A stretch of 64,000 bases of DNA, from contig NC_092675.1 in the NCBI RefSeq assembly GCF_964355755.1, positions 9,109,812 to 9,173,811 of the forward strand, read 5' to 3'. Each line of letters begins with the position of its first letter. Within the stretch, counting starts at the first letter, position 1. Under the pieces are notes generated by a model. It had not been told where the DNA came from and did not search any database. It was given only the letters and a program-made list of their open reading frames with translations. The position numbers were made by a program, and so were the translations under genes. Positions 52,001 through 64,000 of this stretch are shown here, in pieces. This stretch comes from Antedon mediterranea. Its lineage: Eukaryota; Animalia; Echinodermata.

Positions 52001-55000
52001 TTCATTGCTTAAATGCTGCCTGATATACTCTACGGTGTTTAGTATTTTCTTTTCCATTTTCCTTAAGATTTCTTCTTCTTTGCACAGATAAGTCATGTCT
52101 CGTAGGAGAAGTAGTTTCTCTCTACAAGAAGCAGCTACTTGTTTTGCAAAAGAAGGTCTTAGAGGCAAGCTGCTATCATCAGGGGGTAAATGACACTCTT
52201 CTATTTCATGTTCTAGAATTACCTTTTCAGGTTCTCCTAGAAAGGTTCCAACTAACTTATCAAGCGTGTGAAGTGGAGATTCACGAAGACTTTCGGGAAG
52301 ACTTTCCCAAGTCACATCTTCTATGTAAGTGAGAATTGAAAAAATATGTTTACATGGCATTCTCAACTTCAACCAATCTATACACTCACACACTGACATT
52401 GCACTCGGCGACATGTCTACTAAGTAACTTGATTGTCCTTGCAGACTTTGACTTTTCACCTGTAAATAAAAGAATATTAAACACAATTTAAAATTGTTTC
52501 TTTTTCTATATTTTCCCATAAATATTAATATTTTTACAATTTTAAATACTTATGTAGTTTTTGAAAGCAAGTTCTATCCAAACTTTTTAGCAACTGACAT
52601 CTATTCCATTTTTTTATAAAATAATCATATATAGAATATCATAAATTATTTTTATTTAATAAATCAATAAATTAAATACAAAATAGATAGTTGTGGGTTT
52701 ATTAATCATTTAAATGCAAAGTTGCAATCAAATAGAAGTAATCTGCAGATCATATAAAAACCACTCTTTTACCTTAAATTTATCCTTATCTATTCTTGTG
52801 ATGTCCTTTGATAATATTTCTTGAGATGACTCGAAACGTGATAAGCAATGGCTAAGAAAAGCAGGAGGCCTGTTTTGAAGATAGTGCGGAACCTCTTGTT
52901 TGTATGTCCGACCATAAGTATCATCAGCCTTTACATTCGCTGTGATGTATCTGATAACAAAAAATTATGTATGAACTGTACCATTAACTTTTAAATAATA
53001 TTTATGCTAACCAATAAAAAATGTAATTAACCTTACGGTAGATGAACATTTCTGTACAATAAACTATTCTTAGAGCCGCAAGAAATGAACCCAAATCCCT
53101 TTACTTTAATTGAGGGGTTTTAGTACTGTAAAAAACAAAACACAATTAACACAACGGTACCAAAATTTATTAAAATATTTTAAAATATGACTTTATACCG
53201 TACTTCATTTTTCTGCTAGGCAGGTATTCATTGTGAAGAGCTGATATCATGCCAGAAATTGAAAATGAGGCTCGGTCTACTAAAAACTTGTGTTTAAATA
53301 CTCGATTTTGCCGCTCAAGACCATTGTTGGTATGTGCCTGTAGACCTTGGTCTTTTCGGTAGGACCATGCCCAGAGCTAAAAGTAAAAATTTAAGTAAAT
53401 TATCATCTATAGAGTTTATGCAATATATTTTCTTTAATAAATTAGAAAATTACTCACCTCGCAATGTGGCAGCCATTTTTTGGATAACCATTGCTGAAGT
53501 CGGCAGTTTTTTTTCCAAACCTCCGACATTTTTAATGTGTTTACAGCTTTTTTGTACGCAAGAACCGTTGTAGCATGAGCACAGCGTCGTAAGTGAGCAA
53601 GAATCTGGTCCTTGGACTTTGTAACGCCATTATCAGTCTTGCTCACCCAACGGATCCAGGCTTGCTCCCGATGAAAGTCGCATATGTAAGTTTTTGTTTC
53701 TAGTGATAAAGGAAAGTGTAAATAAATCTCTGAAAACAATGAAAGTTCTAGCATACAATTGTAGAAAAATAATTAAAAAAAAATCAATATAACAAACAAT
53801 AAATTACCAGGAAACAGTTCCTTGATAGCTGAGAGCTCCCTTTCACAGAAGTCTGTTAAGAAATTGGTGGGGTTCCAGCTAAGATTTGCCTGTTGCATAA
53901 ATTGTTTGATTGTAGACAGACCCTCAAGAATGGCTGCTTTGGTTTCCATCTGAACAACAAATTCACCAACCACACTGTAACCAACATTTGTTTTTACTGC
54001 CAAAAAGAACAATGGCAAGGCATATCGTGTGGTCTTATAGGTAGCATCAAGAAAACACAAGTTTGTTCCATATCTAAAGTAACATAAATATAATAAATAA
54101 TAAAAGAACAGTGAAACCATAAAAAATATGAGGGTGATGTAAAACATAATAATTGCCTTTATTGTCATCTTGGTTGTCAAAATATATCTGTCCCAAAGCT
54201 TCAATCACAAGAAAACAAATAACCTACCGGTTTAAAAGATGCCTCTGAAATTCTGTTTGATGAGCGAAAAAGAAAGCAGATGAACTTTGCGATGATTCAG
54301 CAGGAATCAATTCATCATCATCTTCATTAACATAAAACTCCTTTGTGGGCTCAGCAGAAGCAAGCCTTAAAAAGTAGTTATCTAATGGATGTTGCTTCTG
54401 CCACTCCTCCATTTGTTGTTTCAGGTTCTCCTGATCTAGCTTTGAATACCTAAAAAAGGTTAGAACATTGGTACATAACTTAAAAGTAACAACATTTTTC
54501 GGTTTTATAAATGAATAAGTTTATAGGAAACAAAAAGGTACTGTACAGTAATAGGTAGCAAACCAAAATGTGCACCCTGGTAGACACAGCAGAGATTTTC
54601 AATAATTCCCCATAAATGTTTTCTACTGTATATATATATTTTGTAAGAGTAGAGCAACAATATAATTATGGTTTTATAAGCTGTACATATAAAAAACAAA
54701 CCTTAATGCCATTAAAGAAGTGTAAATATGGTTTCTCAATGTCTGGTCCTGCGGGTAGTAGGCTGTATTTGTCACAGCAGGACGAGTTTCTGCATCCGGA
54801 AACAATACTGTTTCCACATATATTTTTAAATGCCTCCTCATCTCCTCTGTACCGTTTACACCATGGCTGACCAATTCATGAATTTTGTCCTTTATTCCTT
54901 TATTTATTGGATTTAAAAATCCAGCAAGCTAAAAGAGTTTTAATAGTTTAGGAATCTCATATAAAAACCATTATAGTTTAAGTAAACATATTATAAACTT

Positions 55001-58000
55001 TAATTGTTTTAAAATAATTTACTTTTCACAATTTCACAATAAATGATCCATTCATCAAAATTAAGGACTTCAGAACATCACTGCTAATCCTGGTGTTGTA
55101 GTACGCCAAATGAGAACATAATGTTTTGTACATCTGCTGTGCCTTATATGAACTTACAAAAATTGAAAGTTTAAGTACTTAAACAAAATTATTTTGTTGT
55201 TGTTTTTTGTTAAACTGAGAATCAGCTTTTAAAAATAAATGCATTGCTATTAACAAATCTATTTACCGTGCCAATTTTGTGAAAACTGTTATGTTCCTGA
55301 TCTGATGGTAGAGATACATAGATTCTTCTCTCTGCCTTTAGGTCTGCACCACTTTTAACAGCCTTCCTAAGCGCTTGACTTTTCTCGTCACAAACACACC
55401 TGTTCTGTGAAACTGACTATAAGAAGTAACAACAAAGAAATCAATCACTTATAAATAATCATAACATTATGATTTTTATTTATGTTTACCTAACACAGTG
55501 ATTAAAAAACTTAAAAATAACAATAATAATAATAAAAATATTAATAATACAAATAATAATAACAACATAGACATAAAATAATTATTATTTTTGTTTTAAA
55601 GAAATTAATAATTACTAGATGGTACGCTCGCTTCGCTCGCGTACCATCTAGGTCGTGCCCACAGATGGTTCTCGAATACATAGTAATTTCAGCATAAAAA
55701 AACGGTGATTTATGTAGCCAACTAAAATTAGTACCCTGGCAATTACTTGAGTAAACAAAACCAATTTGTGTTTTGTAATGTAACATTAGGGTTGAAGGAT
55801 GGTAAGAGGGTGGGTGCAAAGAGGAACCATTTTTTAAATATATTCTTTATCCGTAACGACATATTTGTTTTTATGTTTTATAAATAATAAACCACTAAAC
55901 ATTTGCGATACTTTATTGAAACTGTCACTGTCATAGTCGATTGAAATAGTTAAGTACATGTAATTGTAACAATACACCACTATGACTTTTATATTCTTTG
56001 TAATTATTAATAATACTATTAAGAAGCAACTGTCAGTATTAAAGTTTAATTATGTGTTTAAACAGTACCACCACACTCGTAAAAAGAAATTGTGCTTTAA
56101 ATGGGACACAAATGGTTTATGTATTTAATGTAAAAGGTTTTTAATTTATCCCCGAAGGGCACGTAAATTTACCGTAAATTTGCCTACTTGTGTTATACCA
56201 AATGTGGGGAGAGATTGGAATGTTCCATTCATCGCCAAGCAATCCTTTTGTATAAACGCATATTTTAAATCTATCAAAATAGTATTTTTTAAAGAAAATC
56301 GGCCTGTCTTCAACATTATGATGCTGTACTCGAGCTGTTCAACCGGTTTTCAGCTATTAAAAACAATTATCCTAGGAGGAGATAGGAAAATGCAAAGCAT
56401 CCTCGTATTATTGTGTGCGGGTATTTTTTAAGACGGATATCCATTAGACAGTGTATTCCACGATCGGAAAACACCCCTATTTGGGGCAAATCGTTGAACC
56501 TAAATTCGTTTTAATTGTCAATAACTAATTATCTAACTCAATTTAATTAGTAAACAGGGTTACATCAGGTGGTTAAAATCAGTAACGAAAGTACGAACCA
56601 ACTTTATATACCATCGACTAAAAATTCTAGAAATAACGCACAATTTACCGAATTTTGCCCTTACATAAATTTATATATAGATTTTAAAATAGAAAATTTG
56701 AAGTTTAATTTAATTAATGCAAATAAAAAAATACAAAGTAATTGCTTTTTAAAATGCATTTATGTTTACCGTAAATAAATAGAAAATAAAATAAATAGAC
56801 AATGCAGCTATTACAAACATTAAAATCTCAATGTCAGATTTAAAGTAAGGTACTGTAAACAAAATTGTAAAACTGTGAATTGTTAATAGTATTTTAATTT
56901 AAATTTACCTTAAATTCTGGAAATCTAATAATTTCCTTTAATTTTAGTTTTGCTGGGCAGCCTTTCTTTTTGGAACATTGCATCCTCCTTCTTCTCTTCT
57001 TTCCTGTTGGATGGTCACTCTATTATCAAGATTAACAAAATACAGATTGATAATTATATATCGATATTATAAAAATGAAATACTTCATTAGGGGTCAGAA
57101 TTAATTACTTACAGCATATGTATACACTATATTTAAAAATCATAAAATGTACTGTATGGATACCTTGAGTTCATTTTCACGGTTATCTGCTTCTTTTTCT
57201 TGAGCACATCTGTGCTTATTTCGTCCATACATACACCCTAACGTATATGATGCTGTTATCATGAAAGGAACTCCATCAAAATCTATACCATCTTTCCTGC
57301 CTGAAAATCTTACCAAGTGTGATGCAATACCTTTGGAATGTAATATAGAAAAGGCATGTTAAGTATTAGTATTTTGTATTCCTAAATTACAAAGGGTTGT
57401 CAATTCAGTGAAATGTTTGTCTAAATATTCGTACTGTACCTTCCTAAGTTTGCCTGACAAGATAGCCAACCCTAGGCCTATCTATAGATAATTTTTTTTA
57501 AACCATATAAACATAAAAAAAAGTTGTACATCTATCCGATTTTGCACACAATAAGAAAGTTAGTTAATTATTAGGTTTTGGTATCTTAGGGAGGATGGGG
57601 TGGGGTGTGACAGCAAACAAAACACACTGATTTTAATATAACAGTAGGCCTCTAGGCCTAGGCCTATATTATATACTTTTTTTCCCCAATCATTAGGGTG
57701 CTAGGGAGAGAACAATACAACTTTTCTTGATATGTGACATTTTTTGAATTGAAAGTTTCATATAAAATTGAAAATTCACTAGGCCTAGATCTAGTAGTAC
57801 TAGGTAGTAGGTCTATCCTAGTCTGGTCCCCTTTTTACAGTAGGCCTAGGATAGTAGATCATGCAAGGTATTGTCGAAATAAATCAAAATGCTCATTCAA
57901 GGTATTGTCGTAATAAATCAAAATGCTCATTCATATTGTGTCGAAATATATCCCAACATGATGCCATAAATGTATATTTATGGTTTACTTTCTTAAACAA

Positions 58001-58356
58001 CGAATAAAGGGGCTAGGCTAACCTGGTGCAGATGAGGTATTGATAAGACCAATTTCGCCAATTTCAACGTTGTCCTCCTGCTCTTCTACGCCGTTGGTAG
58101 TACAATAGGCATTGGCCTGAGGCGGAAGCGGAGAAAACTTTATTTTTCCGAAGTCTCCCTTCTTGTTTCCAACGAAATGTAATGACTTCGCATTTTCGAA
58201 TACGTTTCGTAGCTCTTCACAATCTGATAAACCACAAACCCATCCTTTTAAATAGTTTTCAGACGGAGAATTTAGAAATTTTGCCCACAATGGCAAACAA
58301 TTTGTGTCAACTGACATGTTTTCAGACTCACACAATACACACGCCACACATTTCAT
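49082..58356 (-). CDS. MULE transposase fusion protein: CARF-like N-terminus + MULE DDE + SWIM + Ulp1/C48 protease + PHD finger; 19 exons, ~1220 aa
   Basis: Exons 58356-58023, 57300-57164, 57019-56909, 55416-55267, 54928-54702, 54449-54228, 54073-53808, 53699-53458, 53376-53204, 52950-52773, 52459-51841, 51440-51387, 50890-50792 (GC donor), 50729-50706, 50566-50427, 50140-50009, 49837-49686, 49589-49469, 49363-49082. Phases are consistent (3663 nt) and no internal stop was seen. Motifs: FLDATYKT, LTDFCERE, CDFH, TNNGLERQN (DDE + CxxH); CECIDWLKLRMPCKH (SWIM); WLNDKVIN, NHWILL, LLDSL, QSDGSSCG (Ulp1); CDIVGC...WVACDVCGRWCHFKC...CPIC (PHD). Confidence 0.9.
55615..56681 (-). mobile_element. Non-autonomous Helitron-like element in transposase intron 3
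   Basis: The minus strand begins A|TCTATATATAA and ends CTAG|T; a 3' hairpin CTAGATGGTACGC-(11 nt)-GCGTACCATCTAG lies at 55615-55651. Confidence 0.65.
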
Positions 58357-58416
58357 AACTTCCCGCGAATCGCTGTATCAGGTTCCAATAATGAATATTC
58401 AACACGTCTGCTGTAA

Positions 58417-58693
58417 AGCCTAGGTTCCATAAAATCGCTACACGCGACAGAGCGTAGCGATTCTATTGAAACGCTAGAATTTATCGGGGATCTAGTACGC
58501 GAGAGCGCTAAATATTCTTTGGTACGCGTATTATTATACGATTCATCGCCGACAAAATCGGCAAAGTAAAGTTGAACATGTTGAACTTTGCTGATTTAAC
58601 TGCGATTGCGTCGGGGACATCTGCGCGTGTAGCGATTTTAATGGAAACGCGGTAGCGATGGTGTGACGTGTAGCGATTTTATGGAAACCGGCT
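58417..58693. mobile_element. Harbinger-like MITE just upstream of the transposase ATG
   Basis: TIRs AGCCTAGGTTCCATAAAATCGCTACACG / CGTGTAGCGATTTTATGGAAACCGGCT, with TAA on both flanks. Confidence 0.7.
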
Positions 58694-58980
58694 TAAATGC
58701 GCGCCAGTGCTGCGCAGTGTTGGCAACCGTCACGTCACGCGCATTTCATGCGCAGTGGAATTTTTTAGTGAGCTATCTGCTCACGTTCGGCGCACACTTG
58801 AGAGGAAAATGGCACGAGTGCCAATAAATATTAAACACGATAGATATTTTCCTCAGCGGCACGCATGGCTGATTCCTCATGAATTCCCCAGCGCACACTG
58901 TGAGGCTAGCCAAGTGTTACTCGTGCCTGTTGGCTCAGCCGGAAGCTTTAGTGTGCGCCGGGCTCAATATAATAAGGGCA

Positions 58981-60142
58981 GTTAATACGGGCACCAGTAC
59001 AGCCATGCATGTTTATATCTATCTAATGTTAAAGAGTTAATACGGGCACCAGTGCTGCAGATGGGCACCAGCCGTGCATGTTTATATCTGTTATATCTGT
59101 TATGCGCGATTTGAACGATTTGCGCAATTTGAAATTGCGCAAAAAATTTCTTGCGCACTTTGAATTGAAACATGTGTTTCAAATTGCGCAAGCAACGTAT
59201 TAAATTGCGCAAGTAATCTGCAAATTGCGCAAGGTTTTTCGACAGATTGTGAAATCATGCACACCCATATTTTTTTAGTAATTTCTAAGAGTGATTCAAA
59301 ATTAAAGATAATATCGCATTTCCTTACCCTCCCGGGAGCCTCCCTCCCGAATTTTTTTTTCCGAATAAAAAAAATCTCGAATTCCCAATGGTTCTATAAA
59401 ATACCATATTCACACATAATATGAGGAGAAGGCATAAATAAATACCAATAGTAATATAATAATTTCAATTGAAATATCAGTACTAATGACGATTAATAAG
59501 ACTAATAACGATTGCATGTTTATATCTATCTAATGTTAAAGAGTTAATACGGGCACCAGTGCTGCAGGTGGGCACCAGTCGTGCATTTTTATATCTATCC
59601 AATGTTAAAGAGTTAAAATGGGCACCATTGCTGCAGATGGGCACCAGCCGTGCATGTTTATATCTATCTAATGTTAAAGAGTTAATACGGGCACCAGTGC
59701 TGCAGGTGGGCACCAGTCGTGCATTTTTATATCTATCCAATGTTAAAGAGTTAAAACGGGCACCATTGCTGCAGATGGGCACCAGCCGTGCATGTTTATA
59801 TCTATCTAATGTTAAAGAGTTAATACGGGCACCAGTGCTGCAGATGGGCACCAGCCGTGCATGGTTATATCTATCCAATGTTAAAGAGTTAAAATGGGCA
59901 CCATTGCTGCAGATGGGCACCAGCCGTGCATGTTTATATCTATCTAATGTTAAAGAGTTAATACGGGCACCAGTGCTGCAGATGGGCACCAGCCGTGCAT
60001 GGTTATATCTATCTAATGTTAAAAAGTTAATACGGGCACCAGTGCTGCAGGTGGGCACCAGCCGTGCATTTTTATATCTATCTGATTCTGATGTTAAATA
60101 GTTAATATTATACCAGTGCTGCAGATGGGCACCAGCCGTGCA
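58981..60142. repeat. 69-bp subterminal tandem array of the right TIR, interrupted at ~59091-59512
   Basis: Reverse-complement copies of the 47920-48602 unit at 58981-59090 and 59513-60142. Confidence 0.93.
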
Positions 60143-60859
60143 TTTAATAATGTGTACATATATCTCATAATATAGTTTATATGGGCACCATTCTTGTACG
60201 AAGTAACATATTTATGTGTCCTATATCTGCAGTTCTGAATGTGAAAACAATTGGTGGGTCATTTATATTTGTTTTACATAAATACACGCCATCGTAAATT
60301 ATGGATTCAATGTTTCGTAATGTCATCAATAAAAATTACTAGTTAAAACCCTAAACCATCATTATGCTAATTATAGTTACGTAATAGTTAATAACTATCC
60401 CATAGTCTAGAATTTATTAGTAACTGTAAGCCTACGGAATCGAAGCTGCAGGCTGAATCGTCTTGGTCTGCTGGGTTTTGATAAATGAATATTCAAATAG
60501 TACCTCCTCATTAATATTCATAACCTGCACGACTGGTGCCCATATAACGCTTACCGAAAACATAAACGGTAATCTCTTCTTCCTCGGTCACATTTGCCTC
60601 ATTTTAATATATGTCACGCGCTAGGCTGAACAACACTCTCAAGAATAATAAACAGTTGATTAGGTCATACTATAAAACTGGGATTTAAGTTATAAGCAAA
60701 AATATCCTCCAGGGTGGATTTAAAATGCAGTTTTAAAACGCAGCCTGTGTTAAAAATTTGGGATTTTTCAGATTCCATTTTGGCCCCCATTATTGGTTCA
60801 AAGAAGGCGAATAATTTTTCAATTCCCACTTCTAGTGAAAATTTTAGTATGGTTTTTTT

Positions 60860-63163
60860 GGTTCTAGGACACCTACCCCCTAGACAGTTACCCCCCGGAT
60901 GTTTACCACCCGGACAACTACCCCCTTAGGACAACTACCCCCCGGACAACTACCCCCCGGACAACTACCCTCTTAGGACAACTACCCCCTTAGGATAACA
61001 ACCCCCCGGACAACTACCCCCCGGACAACCACCCCCTTAGGACAACCACCCCCTTAGGATAACTACCCCCCGGGTAACTACCCCCCGGGTAACTACCCCC
61101 CGGGTAACTACCCCCGGTCAACTAACCCCCGGTCATCATCTGTTTTTTACGGGTGTTTCGAAACTAGAGACCCGAGACCAGAGACCTGACACGAGACCCA
61201 ATACGAAAAGGGTCTCCCTTTTCGTATATTAGGGTCTCCCTTTTCGTATAGTGTGGTCTCTCTTTTCGTATAGTGGGGTCTCCCTTTTCTTAACTTATAG
61301 TGGGTCTCCCTTTTCGTATATTTGGGTCTCCCATTTTGTATATTTGGGTCTCCCTTTTCGTATATTTGGGTCTCCCTTTTCGTATATTTAGGTCTCCCCT
61401 TTCGTATATTAGGGTCTCCATTTTCGTATAGTGGGGTCTCCCTTTTCGTATAGTGGGGTCTCCCTTTTCGTACGTGAGTCTCCCTTTTCGTATATATAGG
61501 CAAAGAATATATATCACAAGAATGAGTATTCCGCGATTTTTGCATGAGAAATTTGTAACAGAGAGCTCCAGAGAGTGATGCCCGCCCTCATAAGGGCGGA
61601 TGTATACATACTAAATAAGACTTGATTTAATAGATATTATACATGTCACATTAAATAGAATTATGATAATATATTTTGCAATTGTAAACTATTTTATAAT
61701 ACATATTTATTAACAAACTAGTGTACATTCACTTTTACAGACAATTATTTACTAACATGCTAAGTTAGTTCACAAAAAAAGCCTAACACAGCAACACCAA
61801 AATCAACGAATCGTTACTCAGCACGGCCTATTCTATACCATTGCCGTGTACTACTCTACGCCCGGTAAATTAAGTATTGTTTTTATGATATAAATTAGTA
61901 TAAAATACATGTTATTAATAGGACAAAATGTTAAATATCATTAACATTTATTTGTTTTACCAGAAACAAGTTAAATATAGGAATATTATTAAACTATCGT
62001 TCGTGAAAACGCGTAAACACCAACACGCCCGGTCACGCTATCGTAGCGCCCGGTTGATAAAGCAAACTGTTTATACGGCAGATTTTACTAAATAAATTGC
62101 ATAAAACGAACAATTAAATATCCAAATAGTATTTAATATGATGTTGGCATGTAGTTGATAACATTTTTTATCATGAAAATACTACCGGTGGTCTAGCCTT
62201 TGATTATTGAAACCGTCACAAAAAGTTGTATACATCCCAGATACATCCACACTTATGGTGGCGCCCTACCACATGGACAATATTACTGTTACAGGGAAAA
62301 TCGCGGATTACTCATTCTTGTGATATATATTCTTTGATATAGGTCTCCCTTTTCGTATTGGGTCTCGGGTCTCTGGTCTCTGGTCTCGGGTCTCTAGTTT
62401 CGAAACACCCGTTTTTAACCGATTATTCTGTTTAACAGCACGCTAGACCCTAGATGTGCTAGATTTAAAGTACCGTATTTATTGAAAAAACGGCCTGGGC
62501 TGTTTATTGTTTAGGTGGTTTTTAGGTGGACATTTATTGGAAGAAAGTTGTTTATTCAATGGGAGGGGGTATAATCTAATGGAAATAGACGCCGATTATT
62601 CCATATGATGTTTCATGGGAGTGACATGGTCACCGTTTATTTGAGGGGAATTTATTTAAAGATTGCCGTTTATTCGGTGAGTGAACATTGAGGTCAAATA
62701 TCAAAAGTGATATTATTCTTCAAGTGTACAAAAATACATATATGACAAATTTTAGACAAAAATTAATTCTTTTAAGACCAGTGGTTATCGAAGCATTGTC
62801 CTGACCCAAAAATTATTATTATTATTAGCGAACCCAGTCTTTACAGTAAATACAGGGAGTATAATACGTTCGACTATCCTATGATCATGTGTGACAATCT
62901 TCAGTTTATATACCAGGCTATATTTATGTTCAATCTTTTACTTTTGTTTACAATAATGAATAGTAATTCGTCAAAGTAACGAATTAAAATATAGTTAAAT
63001 ATATAGGTATATTAGTTATTCCTATTATACACTGTTGCAGAGTCAGGTTGTTGAATGGTCTGGGTGGTAGTTGTCCGTCCGGGGGGTAGTTGTTCTAAAG
63101 GGATAGTTGTCTGGGTGGTAGTTGTCCAGGGGTTAGTTGTCCTACGGAGGTAGTTGTCCTAAA
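60860..63163. mobile_element. Non-autonomous DNA transposon with inverted GGACAACTACCCCC subterminal microrepeats
   Basis: (GGACAACTACCCCC)n at 60866-61133 and inverted (GGGTAGTTGTCC)n at 63062-63160. The right terminus is degenerate and no TSD was resolved. Confidence 0.6.
61151..62410. mobile_element. Non-autonomous MULE/Foldback-like element nested in the preceding element
   Basis: TIRs GGGTGTTTCGAAACTAGAGACCCGAGACCAGAGACC; second inverted block 61501-61540 vs 62297-62337; 9-bp flanks GTTTTTTAC/GTTTTTAAC; internal 21-22-bp array (GGGTCTCCCTTTTCGTATA..) at 61209-61497. Confidence 0.8.
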
Positions 63164-64000
63164 AGATTATTTGCCCTCTAGTTAGGGTTAAAAACGTCAT
63201 TTTTGAACCAAACCTGGAAAAAATTATTTACAAAGGATTTTTATCATCAAACTTAACATATAAGTCCCAGGGGTCACCAAAAAAAAGTTCTAGTGATTTT
63301 CTCTATGGGGGAAGGAGTTATGACCTTTTATATAAAGGTCAATCTATTTTTAGTAACGAGTTAGTACTTCGTTAACCACACAGTGTAGATGCTTAATTTT
63401 AGTCTCAAATTGTTCGCAATGTACAATTTCCTATTTGCAATAATGGAATATTTTTCTAAAAAATTACCAGCAATGCTATTTCTGACCTTTGACCTTTCTT
63501 GACCGGAAGTTTCATAGCTACATAAGTATTTGACCTAGAGAGTTGGTTTTGGTCTTAATTTGTTTATAATGTACAACTTTATATTTGCAGTAATGACACA
63601 TTTTTCTATAAAGCAAGTAGAAATACCATTTATTGACCGTTGAACCCAATTAACCAATATTATTCAATTATTATTAATAATATAATTCAAGTATTAACAC
63701 CGCCACCACATGGCTGTACATAGGCTAAACTTTTTGACCAATCAGGAAGCGCCATCTAGCAGGCTACATTTCAAATGTTTGTTAGAAAGAGTGCAGCAAG
63801 AGCATATCAAATGCAATTTTGGTAAGCATAAATAGTATATATAGCAGAAACTGGTTCTTATACAACTGAAGACCTATGTGAAATAATGAGAGAGTTATCA
63901 GATGATGGGAGTATTAGTGATTTCTTTTACAGTTCAAAGTATTTGAAAAAACTACTTCTTGAAGAGTTTGGTAATGAGATTTACTTTTCTAGTGAAAAGG

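Larger units (their letters stand above)
47332..60555 (-). mobile_element. Full-length Mutator/Foldback-type DNA transposon (13,224 bp) with long repeat-containing TIRs and 10-bp TSD
   Basis: The left end GGTAAGCGTTATATGGGCACCAGTCGTGCAGG is the exact reverse complement of the right end. GAAAACATAA is duplicated at 47322-47331 and 60556-60565. Inverted similarity extends ~47332-48600 vs ~59513-60555. An internal MULE transposase gene is present. Confidence 0.95.

Noticed and set aside
49082-58356. Transposase gene as an ordinary host CARF or SENP gene
   Set aside because: It is bounded by TIRs and a perfect 10-bp TSD and retains MULE DDE residues.
47959-60101. ORFs 47959-48477, 48074-48451, 59483-60058 and 59559-60101
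   Set aside because: Translations of the 69-bp TIR arrays, not genes.

Overview
AT-rich, intron-rich eukaryotic DNA from an invertebrate animal; the TAGGCCTA enrichment is echinoderm-like, which is an inference. Host genes assembled by hand from splice sites: the 3' end of an unknown + strand gene (1-722), MYDGF (minus, 5 exons, 157 aa, C-terminal KSEL) and an FRMD3/FRMD5-like FERM-FA-TM gene (minus, 12 exons, 563 aa). Their introns hold LINE fragments (CR1, L2, Rex-like), MITEs (hAT5-like with 5-bp TSDs, Harbinger-like, piggyBac-like), a decayed THAP/P-type transposon and minisatellites. The main finding is a 13.2-kb Mutator/Foldback-type transposon at 47332-60555. It has a perfect 10-bp TSD (GAAAACATAA) and >1-kb TIRs containing 69-bp tandem arrays. 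It carries an apparently intact 19-exon, ~1220-aa gene fusing a CARF-like N-terminus, a MULE DDE core, a SWIM finger, a Ulp1/C48 protease with full catalytic triad and a PHD finger. It is inserted ~380 bp upstream of the FRMD start codon. All coordinates and family assignments were made by eye, with no database search.
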